Positions 33,581 to 43,468 of a stretch of 64,000 bases of DNA are shown here, one piece after another. A program made the translations under genes and the position numbers. Numbering within the stretch: position 1 is the stretch's first letter; the number at the start of each line of letters is the position of its first letter. The DNA comes from a virus. Its lineage: Duplodnaviria > Caudoviricetes. The notes under the pieces were generated by a model that was not told where the DNA came from, did not search any database, and saw only the letters and a program-made list of their open reading frames with translations. The stretch is taken from positions 11,220-75,219 of IMG/VR virus record IMGVR_UViG_3300029288_000150, one strand, 5' to 3'.

Positions 33581-35149
33581 ATGCCCTGGAGTGTGACCAA
33601 GACCGGCAAATGCCCGGCCTCGAAACCCTGGGGGGTCGTGAAAGAGGGCGGGGAGCTGGAGGGCTGTCACGAGACCAAGGCCCAGGCCGAGGCCCAGCAG
33701 GCGGCCCTGTACGCATCGGAGGAACGGGGGATTATGAGCAAACTTCGAGAGTTGCGCGACCGGGTCCTGGCGCTGTTCCGCGAGGCCGGGATCGACGAGG
33801 AGCCGGGCGGGGACAGGGAGCGGGCGCTGAGCTCGGGCCAGATCCTGGAGCAGTTCTGGTACTCGCTCTCCGACTCCGAGGAACACTGGTCCGCCTGGCC
33901 CCTGGACATCTACCTGGACGGCGGCGAGACCTACGCCCTGGTGGCCGAGCGGGGCAGGCTGTACCGCGTGGGGCTGGGCGTGGGGGATGGCGGGGTGACG
34001 GCCGGGGAGTGGACCGAGGTGGAGACCGTCCACCAGCCGGTGGGCCGGACGCGGGTCTCCCGCCAGGCCGACGGGCGTTACCGCTGGCTCAACATCTCGG
34101 CCACGGCCACCCTGAACCGGGTAGCCGAGATCGACTCCCGGGCGCTCTTTGACGACTTTATCCGCCGGGCCGAGGAGTCCGGCGAGTACCCCGGGCGGGA
34201 CTTTTACCACCTGGGAGAGGCGGCCCGTCTGGGCCAGTGTGACTACCTGGCGCGGGATGACGCGGTCCTGATCAGCTCGGGGCTTTTCGACGAGACGCCC
34301 CTGGCCCTGGCCGTGGCCCGCGCCATCGAGGCGGAGCCGGGGGAGTGGGGGGACTCCATCTCCTACCGGCCCGAGGCCGAGGCCGAGCTCGTGGAGGTGG
34401 CCGAGGGGGTGCGCGTCCCGGTCTACAACGCCGGGGTGCTGCGCTACATCTCGACCCTGCCCGAGAGCCGGGCGGCCAGCCTATTTACCACGGCAACCGT
34501 GGGGGAGGTAACGAGGATGCGAGCAGACATCAAGGAGGCGCTGGAGCGCCTGAAAGGTCACGGCCTGAGCGACGAGGAGATCGCGGCCATCGAGGGCGCG
34601 GTCGACGGCACAAACCGGGCCATCCAGGACGGCGGGATCATCAACCGCGAGGAGCCCCCCGACGCCGAGCCGGAAGGGGACCAGGACCCGGAGCCCGAGC
34701 AGGCCGGGGACGTGGCCCGCGAGGAGCCCGAAGCCGAGGGGGAACCCGAAGCCGAGCCCGACCCGGAACCCGAAGCCGGCCGCGAGGTCGAGCTGGACGA
34801 CGAGGCCCTGGCGGCCATCGTCGAGCGCGTGCTGTCCGGCGAGGCCGTTGCCGGCCTCCAGGCGCAGGTGGCGGCCCTGACCGAGCAGGTGGACGGCCTG
34901 GCCCGGGAGTTGTCCGAGGCCCGGGCGTTGAACGTCAGGCGCTCCGCCGAGGTCGACGGGCGCCTGGTCGCGCTGGAGAAGACCGACGAGGAGAAGCGGC
35001 GCACCTGGCAGGCGGACCTGCCGCCCCGGGCCCGCGACTCCCTGCGCGTCACCTACCGGCCCCGCGAGGCCAACGCCGGCGGGGATGGCGACGGGCCGGC
35101 CAACCTGGCGGCCGTGGCCGAGCAAACGATGAGCAAATGGGGCGCCTAG
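33581..35149 (+). CDS. Prohead protease/scaffold fusion (probable)
   Basis: N-terminal GCHETKAQAEAQQAALYASE head motif, protease-like central domain, acidic EP-rich linker, coiled-coil C-terminus; precedes capsid gene. Confidence 0.65.
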   Translation: MPWSVTKTGKCPASKPWGVVKEGGELEGCHETKAQAEAQQAALYASEERGIMSKLRELRDRVLALFREAGIDEEPGGDRERALSSGQILEQFWYSLSDSEEHWSAWPLDIYLDGGETYALVAERGRLYRVGLGVGDGGVTAGEWTEVETVHQPVGRTRVSRQADGRYRWLNISATATLNRVAEIDSRALFDDFIRRAEESGEYPGRDFYHLGEAARLGQCDYLARDDAVLISSGLFDETPLALAVARAIEAEPGEWGDSISYRPEAEAELVEVAEGVRVPVYNAGVLRYISTLPESRAASLFTTATVGEVTRMRADIKEALERLKGHGLSDEEIAAIEGAVDGTNRAIQDGGIINREEPPDAEPEGDQDPEPEQAGDVAREEPEAEGEPEAEPDPEPEAGREVELDDEALAAIVERVLSGEAVAGLQAQVAALTEQVDGLARELSEARALNVRRSAEVDGRLVALEKTDEEKRRTWQADLPPRARDSLRVTYRPREANAGGDGDGPANLAAVAEQTMSKWGA

Positions 35150-35187
35150 TCCCCCCCAGGGCGGCACGACATAGAGGAGGCTTTACC

Positions 35188-36495
35188 ATGAACGCGAAAA
35201 CCCGCGATCTGACCGTGTCGGACCTGGCCACCACCTACGGGTGTTGTGGCCTGTATGATATGTGTTCCGACGAGGACCTGGTCAGCCTGTCGCTCCAGGG
35301 CGCCGATCAGTTCCTGGACTGGCTCGGCTGGCAGGGTACGGACGTCTGCGTCATCAAGAAAAACTTTGTGACCTGGATCCGCCCCGAGCAGGCCGGCGGC
35401 GTCTGCACCGACGGCTACACCGCGGACCCCTGCGCCGACGCCAACGGCGTGGAGTTCGGCGTGTGCGACTTCACGCTCGAGGACTTTGCCCGCATCCGGC
35501 GCCATGGCCCCGTGCGCGACGTCACCAAGAACGACCTGCGCTACTGCGACCGCCAGCCGCGCTATCGCCTGGATGGCTCGCAGATCGCCGACAACCGCGA
35601 GTTCGACATCATCGCCACGGCCGAGGTCATGCTGCAGGACGTGCGGCGCATGGTCATCACCGGCAACGGCGCGGTGGCCGGCCAGGCCGACGGCCTGGAG
35701 AACCTGGTGGTCACGGGCTACACCAACTCGGCCGGGCGGCGCTGCGCGTCGATGGACTCCTACGTCATCGACTGGAACCAGAACGGCATGGACGGCGGGG
35801 CGGGCATCACCGTCAACGGCGACCCCATCGCCGCCACCTGGGGCTTTGTCGACGCCCTGCTGGCCGTGTTCCGCCGCGTGCGGAAGCGCATCCGCCTGGC
35901 GCCCATGCTGGCCTCCCGGCTGGGGGCGGGCCTGGACATCATCCTGCTCCTGCCGTCCCACCTGACCAACTGCGTCCTGAACGCCTACACCTGCTGGAGC
36001 GTGTGCCCGGGCCGCCAGTACAACGAGGCCAACCTTAACACCTACGAGGCCCGCAACTTCCGCAACTCCCTGCTGGGCGGCCGGTTCGGCGCGGGGGCCA
36101 TCTCCCTGGACGGGACCACCATCCCGCTCCTGGAGTACGACTGGGAGCTCATCAAGGGCCCGAGCTGCGGGGACATCTACCTGCTCATCGGCGGCGTGGG
36201 CAACGTCAAGGTGCTGAACGGCCAGCACCTGGACATGGCCGGCGCCCCCCGCGCCTACCCGGGGGCCGAGTACCGGGTCTCGGACGGCGGGCGGTTCCTG
36301 CACTGGACGATCACCGATCACACCTGCGTCCAGGAATACCAGGAGTTCGCGCCGCGGATCCTGTGCTGGGCGCCCTGGGCCCAAACCCGCTTTATGGACG
36401 TGTGCTGCGACTCGGTGCTCGATCCTCTGAGCCCCGATCCGTGCGAGACGTCCTTCTTCCCGGAGACGTCGTTCAGCGTCGCCGCCTGCCCCTAG
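35188..36495 (+). CDS. Major capsid protein (probable), Cys-rich
   Basis: GAGGAGG RBS; 435 aa after protease/scaffold; ITGNG...DGL pattern; followed by a 12-bp hairpin (36515-36543). Confidence 0.72.
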   Translation: MNAKTRDLTVSDLATTYGCCGLYDMCSDEDLVSLSLQGADQFLDWLGWQGTDVCVIKKNFVTWIRPEQAGGVCTDGYTADPCADANGVEFGVCDFTLEDFARIRRHGPVRDVTKNDLRYCDRQPRYRLDGSQIADNREFDIIATAEVMLQDVRRMVITGNGAVAGQADGLENLVVTGYTNSAGRRCASMDSYVIDWNQNGMDGGAGITVNGDPIAATWGFVDALLAVFRRVRKRIRLAPMLASRLGAGLDIILLLPSHLTNCVLNAYTCWSVCPGRQYNEANLNTYEARNFRNSLLGGRFGAGAISLDGTTIPLLEYDWELIKGPSCGDIYLLIGGVGNVKVLNGQHLDMAGAPRAYPGAEYRVSDGGRFLHWTITDHTCVQEYQEFAPRILCWAPWAQTRFMDVCCDSVLDPLSPDPCETSFFPETSFSVAACP

Positions 36496-36571
36496 TGGCG
36501 GGGCGTAGCCAGGTGGCCGGGGTGGGCCGTACCCGCCCCGGCCCCGGCGAAATCCGGGGAGACGCGGGGGC

Positions 36572-38686
36572 ATGATCGAGAACCTGACGGTTGTGGTGCC
36601 GTTCTGGAACGGGCAGGCGACCCTGCCGCGGCTGCTGGCCAGCCTGCCGGCGGGGCTGCCCGTGATCGTCGTGGACGATCACTCCGACAAGCCGCCCCAG
36701 ACAAAAAGGCCCGGCGTGCGGGTCATCCGCCCGCCACAGAAGGGCTTTTTCGCCGGGGCGGTCAACGCGGGCCTGGCGGCTTGCGGGACCGACGTCCTGG
36801 TCCTGAACCAGGACGTGTGGCTCGAGGGGGAGCAGTGGCTGGCGGCCGTGGCAAAGATGCGCCGGACCTACGCCGTCTTTGGCGACGGCGTGGAGGCCCA
36901 TCCCGCGTGGCCGCGGGGCTACGTCCACGGGACATTCATGTTCATGCGCCGGGACGCCATCGCCGCAGTGGGCGGCCTCAACGAGCGGGACTATCCGCTG
37001 TGGGGCTGCACCTGCGAGTGGCAGCTCCGGGCCTGCCGGGCCGGCTTCCGGGCCCACGTCTCGCGGAAACTCTGGCGCCAGTGGTTCGGCCACGAGGGCC
37101 GGCACGACGTGGGGTCCAGGGTCAACCCTGGACCCACGCGTGGGTCCAGGGTCAAGGGCGGGCGCCGGGCGCGGTATGGGTCCTCCATCCGGGAGGCCAT
37201 CGGCCGCTGGCCGGGGCAGCGGGCCCGCTTCCTGGCCGTGCCGCCCGCGGTCTCGGTGATCGTGCCCTGTTTCAACTATGGGCGGTACTTGCCGGACTGC
37301 ATCGCCAGCCTCGTGGGCGGGGACACGTCCCTGGGGCGCTGGGAGCCGCCGGGGCAGACCTTCCAGAGCTTCGAGGTGATCATCGTCGACGACGCCTCGA
37401 CGGACGATAGCTGGCAGGTGGCCCAGGCCCTGGCCGACCCGTGGAAGGGCGTCCACGCCATCCGGCTCCCCAGGAACCGGGGCACGCCGGGGGCCATCAA
37501 CGCCGGGATCGAGCGGGCCCGGGGGGAGTACATTCACATCCTGTCGGCTGACGATATGCGGGAGCCGTGGGGTCTGGAGGTGCTGTATCGCGCCTGCCAG
37601 GAGCACCCGGGCATGGTCGCCTATGGCAACGTGCGGATCTTTGGCGACGGCCAGCGGGGCCGGATGCTGACCCTGCCGGGGTACGACTTTGACCTGGTGC
37701 TGCACAAAAATCCCATGCCCGCCGGGATCATGTACCCCCGGGCGGCCTGGGAGGCGGTCGGGGGCTATCCCGAGGTGATGAAACTCGGCCGCGAGGACTG
37801 GGCCTTTAACATCCGCCTGGGGGCGGCCGGCTACTGCGGGCACCACGTCGGCGACTCGGGCAACCTCTACCGCCGCGAGGGCCAGAACCGGAGCTTGCGG
37901 ACGGGCAACGTCCACCGCAGGGAGGCGGCCGGCGGGCCGGGCGCCGTCGCCCGGGGGACGTTCAAGGCGCAACTGAAAAAGCTGTACCCGAGACTGTATG
38001 CAGGTTGGAGGCCGCCAATGTGCTGCGGACGACAAAATACACCCAAGGCCACGCCCCGAGCCCGGGCGCTGCCGGGGGCGGCGCTGGAGCCCGTCCTGGG
38101 CAGCCGGCGCCAGCCGGAGATCGGCACCCCGGCGCCGGGCATGGAGTGGCTGGAATACGTCGGCGGGAACGCCGGCAACTCGCGCTGGATCGGCCCGGCG
38201 ACGGGCACGCGCTACATCTTTGGCGGGGGTCGGCCCGTGGGCCAGGTGTACGCCGAGGACGCCAGGGGGCTCCTGGACCTGCGGCACAACACCCGGGCCG
38301 TGTTCCGCCGCTACAAGCTGCCGGCGCCCGTCGCGCCTGCCGCGCCCGCGCCTGCCGTCGCGGCTGCGGCTCCCCGCGGCAAGCCCACGGCCCCCAGGAT
38401 CGCGGGCACTCCGAACCCCGCGGAACGGGAGCCCGAGCTGGTGGACGTGGCGGCCCCGGAGCCTGAACCGCGGGCCGGGCCCGTCCCGGCCGACGACCTG
38501 ACCAGGATCGCGGGCGTGGGGCCGGCGACGGCCGCCAGGCTGGACGCCGCGGGCTTTGGCGCCTTCGCCACCCTGGCGGGGGCCTCGCCCGAGACGGTGG
38601 CCCGGCTGGCCGGCATCCCGCGGGCCACGGCGGAGCGGGCGGTAGCCGGCGCGGCGGCCGTGCTGTCCGGGGAGGGCGACGGATGA
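36572..38686 (+). CDS. Tandem GT2 glycosyltransferase domains fused to MCCG domain and helix-hairpin-helix
   Basis: VVVPFWN/VVDDHS/LNQD; VIVPCFNYG/IIVDDASTD/ILSADD/EDW; C-terminal DDLTRIAGVGPATAARL HhH. Confidence 0.85.
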   Translation: MIENLTVVVPFWNGQATLPRLLASLPAGLPVIVVDDHSDKPPQTKRPGVRVIRPPQKGFFAGAVNAGLAACGTDVLVLNQDVWLEGEQWLAAVAKMRRTYAVFGDGVEAHPAWPRGYVHGTFMFMRRDAIAAVGGLNERDYPLWGCTCEWQLRACRAGFRAHVSRKLWRQWFGHEGRHDVGSRVNPGPTRGSRVKGGRRARYGSSIREAIGRWPGQRARFLAVPPAVSVIVPCFNYGRYLPDCIASLVGGDTSLGRWEPPGQTFQSFEVIIVDDASTDDSWQVAQALADPWKGVHAIRLPRNRGTPGAINAGIERARGEYIHILSADDMREPWGLEVLYRACQEHPGMVAYGNVRIFGDGQRGRMLTLPGYDFDLVLHKNPMPAGIMYPRAAWEAVGGYPEVMKLGREDWAFNIRLGAAGYCGHHVGDSGNLYRREGQNRSLRTGNVHRREAAGGPGAVARGTFKAQLKKLYPRLYAGWRPPMCCGRQNTPKATPRARALPGAALEPVLGSRRQPEIGTPAPGMEWLEYVGGNAGNSRWIGPATGTRYIFGGGRPVGQVYAEDARGLLDLRHNTRAVFRRYKLPAPVAPAAPAPAVAAAAPRGKPTAPRIAGTPNPAEREPELVDVAAPEPEPRAGPVPADDLTRIAGVGPATAARLDAAGFGAFATLAGASPETVARLAGIPRATAERAVAGAAAVLSGEGDG
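37126..37151. repeat. 26-bp perfect palindrome, copy 2
   Basis: Identical to 20484-20509; lies in a 30-bp periodic segment (GGGTCCAGGGTCAA at 37112 and 37142). Confidence 0.9.
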
Positions 38687-39027
38687 TCGCCTACGGCGCC
38701 GGGGACCTCGTGCACCTGGCTGTCCTGGCCCTGGCGGCCTGGCGGCTGGCGGTCGCCCTCTACATGGAGGGCGGTCTCTGGCTTCGCCTGCGACTCCTGG
38801 CCCAGCGGCGGGGCGGCTTCTGGCAGGAGCAGCTATCCTGTTTCTGGTGCTGCACCAGCTGGGCCGCGGGCCTGGTGTGGGCCCTGGGGCGGGCGCTGCC
38901 CCTCGTGGCGGGCGGGGGATGGGCATGGGAGTACCTGCTGGAGGTGCCGGCGCTGTCCGCGGCGGCGCTCCTGGCGAGCCACGCCGGCCGGGCGGTGTGG
39001 TCCGAGATGCGTGAGGGAGGAGGCTAG
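38683..39027 (+). CDS. DUF1360-like membrane protein
   Basis: WRLAVAL...LSCFWCCTSWAAG with flanking TM segments. Confidence 0.65.
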   Translation: MIAYGAGDLVHLAVLALAAWRLAVALYMEGGLWLRLRLLAQRRGGFWQEQLSCFWCCTSWAAGLVWALGRALPLVAGGGWAWEYLLEVPALSAAALLASHAGRAVWSEMREGGG

Positions 39028-39028
39028 C

Positions 39029-39631
39029 ATGGCGCCGAGATACATTGTCGAGTTTGTGCGAATGCTCGCCGGCGGGCACCACCAGCCGTGCGGGAACCGG
39101 GTGCAACTGGAGGACGCGGCGGGGAACCTCGTCGCGCCCCTGCCCGACGGCGGGGACGTCAACCTGGCCGAGTACGGCGGGGCGGCCGTGGGCGAGACCA
39201 ACCCGGTCGACGTGGCGGATACCTGGGTGCCGATCATCGTGCCCGACGTGACGGCGAACGACTCGGACAAGACCCTCACCGTGCCCGTCATGACCCTGTG
39301 GCAGGTGCTGTGGATTCGGGTGGAGTTGACCACGACGGCCACGGCCGGCGACCGGCAACTCGCCATCCAGATCCTGGACACGGGGCCTGACGTGATCGCC
39401 GAGTTCCGGCCCCGCGTCACCCAGGCGGCCAGCCTGGCCTATGTGTACCAGTTCGCGCCGGGCATGGCCCAGGACACCGCCGTCTACGATACGGACCTGG
39501 TCACCACGCCCCTGCCGCCAACCCTGATCCTGGACCCCGAGTTCAGCCTGCGGATCTATGACAACAACGCCGTGGATGCCGCGGCGGACGACATGGTCGT
39601 CCAACTCATGGTCGCCCGGAGGGCGCTCTAG
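39029..39631 (+). CDS. Putative structural beta-sandwich protein
   Basis: GGAGG RBS; Val/Thr/Asp rich; in structural operon. Confidence 0.6.
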   Translation: MAPRYIVEFVRMLAGGHHQPCGNRVQLEDAAGNLVAPLPDGGDVNLAEYGGAAVGETNPVDVADTWVPIIVPDVTANDSDKTLTVPVMTLWQVLWIRVELTTTATAGDRQLAIQILDTGPDVIAEFRPRVTQAASLAYVYQFAPGMAQDTAVYDTDLVTTPLPPTLILDPEFSLRIYDNNAVDAAADDMVVQLMVARRAL

Positions 39632-39633
39632 CC

Positions 39634-41505
39634 ATGTTCCGCAGGGTGGGCGGCCCGGGGATGCGCGGCATAGGCGGGATCGCACTGGCCGATCTTGATT
39701 GCGGCATTGGGCAGAATGCCGCGAGTACCCTGCCCACTGGCCTGCTGGCCTACTGGCCGCTTGGGGAGGCCAGCGGCAACCGGGTGGACGCCACGTTGCG
39801 TGGCAACGATCTCGCACCGAGCGGCGCCGTGGTCTGGGGATGGGGGCTGAATCAGCACTGTGCCGAATTCACCGGGATCGGCTCGGGATTCCTGACCATT
39901 GCCAGCAACGCGGATCTCTCGCCGGGCGACAATGATTTTACCGTCGTTTGCGCGGTGCGGTTTGATGCGGTAGGGACGAATGCGATCTGGTCAAAATATA
40001 GCACAACGGACAATCAGCGCGGTTATCGTTTGGTTTACAACGCGACAACAAGCCGCTTCTGTTTCCAGGTGAGCGCCGATGGCGTTGCCGCCGTGACAGT
40101 TCAAGCGGACAACGCCGGGGCGGCAGCTATCGATACCTGGTATCTAATCCGCTGCTGGTACGATGCAACGAATGACCTGGCCTACATCCAGGTGGATACC
40201 AACGCCGCCGACAGTGGCGCACACGCAGGCGGTATTTTCAATAATAGCGCGACACCTTTCATGGTCGGTGATGATGACTCCAACACCCCGATAAATGGAC
40301 GAGTAGACGAACTGGGGGTTTGGAATCGCATCCTGAGCGATGCGGAGTGGCTAGAGTGGCGGAACGGCGGCGCTGTGCTGACCTATCCGTTCGACGGCGC
40401 GGCATTGCCTGTAGCGAATATAAGTATCAGTTCGTCCAATGCCTGCCGGGTGCCGCACCAGCGTCAATGTTTCTACGCCGCCGGCCGCTACTGGATTTTC
40501 TACAGCGATGCCAGCCGGAATCTATGGTACGCGAGCACTACCGACAACGAGCACTGGATCGAGCCGGTCAATCTGACCACGTTCCCGCAGTACGACGCGC
40601 AATGGTCGGTCGCCTGGGATGGCACGTATCTGCATATCACCAAAGTGATCCAGAACGGCGGCGTGGGCCTGGTCCACGACGGGCTGACCTACCGGCGGGG
40701 CACGCTGGGGATAGACGGCGTGATCACCTGGGACGCAGACTGGCAAATCGTGCTGGCTACCGGCAATTTCGTCGGGGATCCCTCGCTGGCCGTAGCGACG
40801 GATGGGGCGGTGTGGGTCGGATATAAAAATGCGACGGCAGGCGATGCGTGCGTCGTCAAAAACAGCGCAGTTGACGGCACATGGGCGACGGCGGCGGGTT
40901 TTCCGGTGCAACTCACAATCACGACCGACAACCGCCACGCGATGGTCGCACCGCTCGCGGCGGGCGGGATACACGCTACCGTCTACCGCTACGGCACGGA
41001 TGATACGGCGCTCGGATTTTATTCGGCTGACGGTGGGGCGGTATTTGCCAGTGAAGGCGCGATCACCGCATCCAACGTCGAGACCAACAGCGGGGCCGGG
41101 GCTCAAGTGGGTCGCATCGAGAGCGCCAGCGAGGGTGACGGGATTGTCCACCTGGCATACCAGACGGACGACCAGAAGATCATGTATCGCCAGCGTTCGG
41201 CGCTTGGAGTGTGGGGTACGGAGGTCGAGCTAGACGACGGAACCAATGTCACGGCGGCAATTAGCTCGCCGCGCATTTCATTCAACGGCAGCGGCGAGAT
41301 TTACGTCATGTGGTCCACGGCGGCCAACATTTTCATGCGGAAATATAGTGCCGGGGCGTGGGGCGCGGCGACAGCGGTTGTGACTGAATCGCTGGAGGCC
41401 ACATTTGAACACGCCATGCCGGCAGAGTTGACGAACGGGGCCACGCTGCAACTGGCGTACCTGACAGACGCGAATCTGGTACGCCATAGATTGCTGACGT
41501 TGTGA
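39634..41505 (+). CDS. LamG/concanavalin-A-like plus propeller-like domain protein (virion accessory)
   Basis: LLAYWPLGE, DFTVVCAVRF, DTWYLIRCWYD, NGRVDELGVWNRILS (LamG); C-half has repeated HLAY/IYVMW propeller-like strands; lower GC by eye. Confidence 0.7.
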   Translation: MFRRVGGPGMRGIGGIALADLDCGIGQNAASTLPTGLLAYWPLGEASGNRVDATLRGNDLAPSGAVVWGWGLNQHCAEFTGIGSGFLTIASNADLSPGDNDFTVVCAVRFDAVGTNAIWSKYSTTDNQRGYRLVYNATTSRFCFQVSADGVAAVTVQADNAGAAAIDTWYLIRCWYDATNDLAYIQVDTNAADSGAHAGGIFNNSATPFMVGDDDSNTPINGRVDELGVWNRILSDAEWLEWRNGGAVLTYPFDGAALPVANISISSSNACRVPHQRQCFYAAGRYWIFYSDASRNLWYASTTDNEHWIEPVNLTTFPQYDAQWSVAWDGTYLHITKVIQNGGVGLVHDGLTYRRGTLGIDGVITWDADWQIVLATGNFVGDPSLAVATDGAVWVGYKNATAGDACVVKNSAVDGTWATAAGFPVQLTITTDNRHAMVAPLAAGGIHATVYRYGTDDTALGFYSADGGAVFASEGAITASNVETNSGAGAQVGRIESASEGDGIVHLAYQTDDQKIMYRQRSALGVWGTEVELDDGTNVTAAISSPRISFNGSGEIYVMWSTAANIFMRKYSAGAWGAATAVVTESLEATFEHAMPAELTNGATLQLAYLTDANLVRHRLLTL

Positions 41506-41568
41506 TCGCGGCAATCGGCTACAACCCGCTCTTGCGGGTGCGCCTCTTTCGGCTAACAGGGGGCAGGG

Positions 41569-42663
41569 GTGACGGTAGTACCGGAACAATCGGCCATAAT
41601 TGAGGAGGGTTCGGCGGTCTCGATGGCCCGCTACGCCAAGATCGTGGGCTACTGGGAGTGCTCGTTCTTTGGCGTCAACCGGCCCGGGGCTCCCCAGTCC
41701 TGCCGGTCGATCTGGGTCAAGCGCGAGCGGGACCTGATCGACCACTACCTGGCCGAGGGCCAGGAGGAGCTGGAGAACGAGATCGGCTACCCCCTCGGCA
41801 CCTGGCGCTGGTTCCAGGATGCCATGGCCTACCGGCAGCCCATCCGCGCCCGCCGGGGCTGGGTGCTCGAGGGCGGCGTCCGGGCCGTGGCCGTCGTCGC
41901 CGCCGGCGTGGCCGTCGATCACACGGCCGACCCGGCGACCATTGGCCCCGTGCCCACGGCGGTCACGGACCCCGACGAGCTGCGCCTCTACTATCCCGCC
42001 GCCCTGGTCGAGGAGGAGCTCGAGATCCACCCCTCCGACGTCGACCTGGCCGGGGGCTTTGTGACCTTCCGGGTGCCCCGCTGCCGGATGGTCCACCCCG
42101 ACGTGGCCGACAACCCGCGGACGGGGTTGGACTATGCCGACCTGGCCAACTTCCTGGCGACCGTGGACGTGCGGCGGGTCTACAACGACCCGGGCACCCA
42201 GGCCGTGCTCCACTGGCCCAACCGCTCAAGCGCAAGTTGCCTGCCGGGCTGCTGCTGCCCCACCTGCTCCACCTACAGCGCGACGGCGTGCATCACCGTC
42301 CGCGACGCGGAGCGGGGCAGCCTGTCGCTCCTGCCGGCGACCTACAGCGCCGGGGCCTGGACGGCCACCTGCCCCGCCTCGTGTTGTGTCGGCCGGCCGG
42401 AGTTCGTGACCCTCAACTATCGGGCGGGGCGGGCCCTGACCCGCCAGGCCGAGGACGCCATCGTCCGCCTGGCCCACGCCAAGATGCCGGCGGAGCCGTG
42501 CGGGTGCGAGGTGGTCAAATTGCTCTGGGAGCGGGACCGGAACGTGCCCGAGGTGGTGACCAGGGAGCGGCTCAATTGCAGGTTCGGCACCTCGGACGGC
42601 GCCTGGGCCGCCTGGCAGTTCGCCCAGGCCCTGCGCCTGCACCGTGGCGGGAGGCCCCTCTAG
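41569..42663 (+). CDS. Head-tail adaptor-like protein, Cys-rich
   Basis: Position in operon; 15 Cys including CLPGCCCPTC and CPASCC. Confidence 0.5.
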   Translation: MTVVPEQSAIIEEGSAVSMARYAKIVGYWECSFFGVNRPGAPQSCRSIWVKRERDLIDHYLAEGQEELENEIGYPLGTWRWFQDAMAYRQPIRARRGWVLEGGVRAVAVVAAGVAVDHTADPATIGPVPTAVTDPDELRLYYPAALVEEELEIHPSDVDLAGGFVTFRVPRCRMVHPDVADNPRTGLDYADLANFLATVDVRRVYNDPGTQAVLHWPNRSSASCLPGCCCPTCSTYSATACITVRDAERGSLSLLPATYSAGAWTATCPASCCVGRPEFVTLNYRAGRALTRQAEDAIVRLAHAKMPAEPCGCEVVKLLWERDRNVPEVVTRERLNCRFGTSDGAWAAWQFAQALRLHRGGRPL

Positions 42664-42918
42664 ATGTGCTGCGGGAACAGGGGGGGCAGGCGCCGGCCGC
42701 GGCCCGTGGCCATCGTGCCGGGCACGGACAGGGTGCTGGCGGAGTACACCGGGGGCCGGGAGGATTTGTTTTCCACCCGGGGCCCGGCGACCAGGGTTCG
42801 CTATTACGTCTCGGCCCGGGCCCACGAGCGGCAGATCCTGGTCTACGTCGAGGACCTGCCGGGGCTGGTGGGGAGCGGGGAGTGGCGGCCCGTCGAGGGC
42901 TGGGAGGAGGCCGCCTGA
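42664..42918 (+). CDS. Small MCCG-domain protein
   Basis: Paralog of segment starting at 38018 (MCCG, EYxGG, GPATxxRY, VYxED..GL). Confidence 0.65.
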   Translation: MCCGNRGGRRRPRPVAIVPGTDRVLAEYTGGREDLFSTRGPATRVRYYVSARAHERQILVYVEDLPGLVGSGEWRPVEGWEEAA

Positions 42919-43421
42919 TGCCCGCCGTCCTGTGGAAAGCCATCAAGCCCCGCAAGTTCAACGACCGGGCGCTGCGGGCGGCCCTGGAGCGGGCGGCGGA
43001 GCAGGCCGCCGGCGGGATGCTCCTCGATTTTGAGCTTTCGGTCTCCAAGTGGGACCGGCGGCCGGCCTTTGACAAGATCGTGAGCGTCGGGCCCACCTCG
43101 GTGGACGTCCTGGTGGGGACCGACGATCCGATCTACCGCTACGTGTCGGGCGGCACAAAGCCGCACCCGATCCGGGCCAAACGCGCCCGGGCGCTTCACT
43201 TCCGGGGCGTGTACCGGGCCAAGACGACGCCGGGGGTCATCGCCTCGCAGGCGGGCGGGGCATCGGGCCCGGACGTGTACGCCAAGTCGGTCATGCACCC
43301 CGGGACCAAGCCCCGGCACTTTGAGAAACAGATCGCCAAAAAGTGGCGGCCCAAGTTCAAGAAACTCGTCCAGGCCGCCCTGTCGGAAGGGGCCCGGGCC
43401 TCCGGGCACGCCCTGACCTGA
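42918..43421 (+). CDS. Neck/tail completion protein (HK97 gp10-like)
   Basis: IYRYVSGGTKPHPIRAKRARALHF...KSVMHPGTKPRHF. Confidence 0.7.
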   Translation: MPAVLWKAIKPRKFNDRALRAALERAAEQAAGGMLLDFELSVSKWDRRPAFDKIVSVGPTSVDVLVGTDDPIYRYVSGGTKPHPIRAKRARALHFRGVYRAKTTPGVIASQAGGASGPDVYAKSVMHPGTKPRHFEKQIAKKWRPKFKKLVQAALSEGARASGHALT

Positions 43422-43468
43422 CGCGCGTCAGGCCAGGGCACGGGATACGCAAATCGTAGGAGGTTACC

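Noticed and set aside
36473-39817. 1114-aa minus-strand ORF (and similar long shadows such as 8736-10697, 19308-21494, 23169-25016, 47203-50379)
   Set aside because: Antisense to well-supported genes, Pro/Arg/Gly-rich, no RBS or motifs; expected from very high GC3
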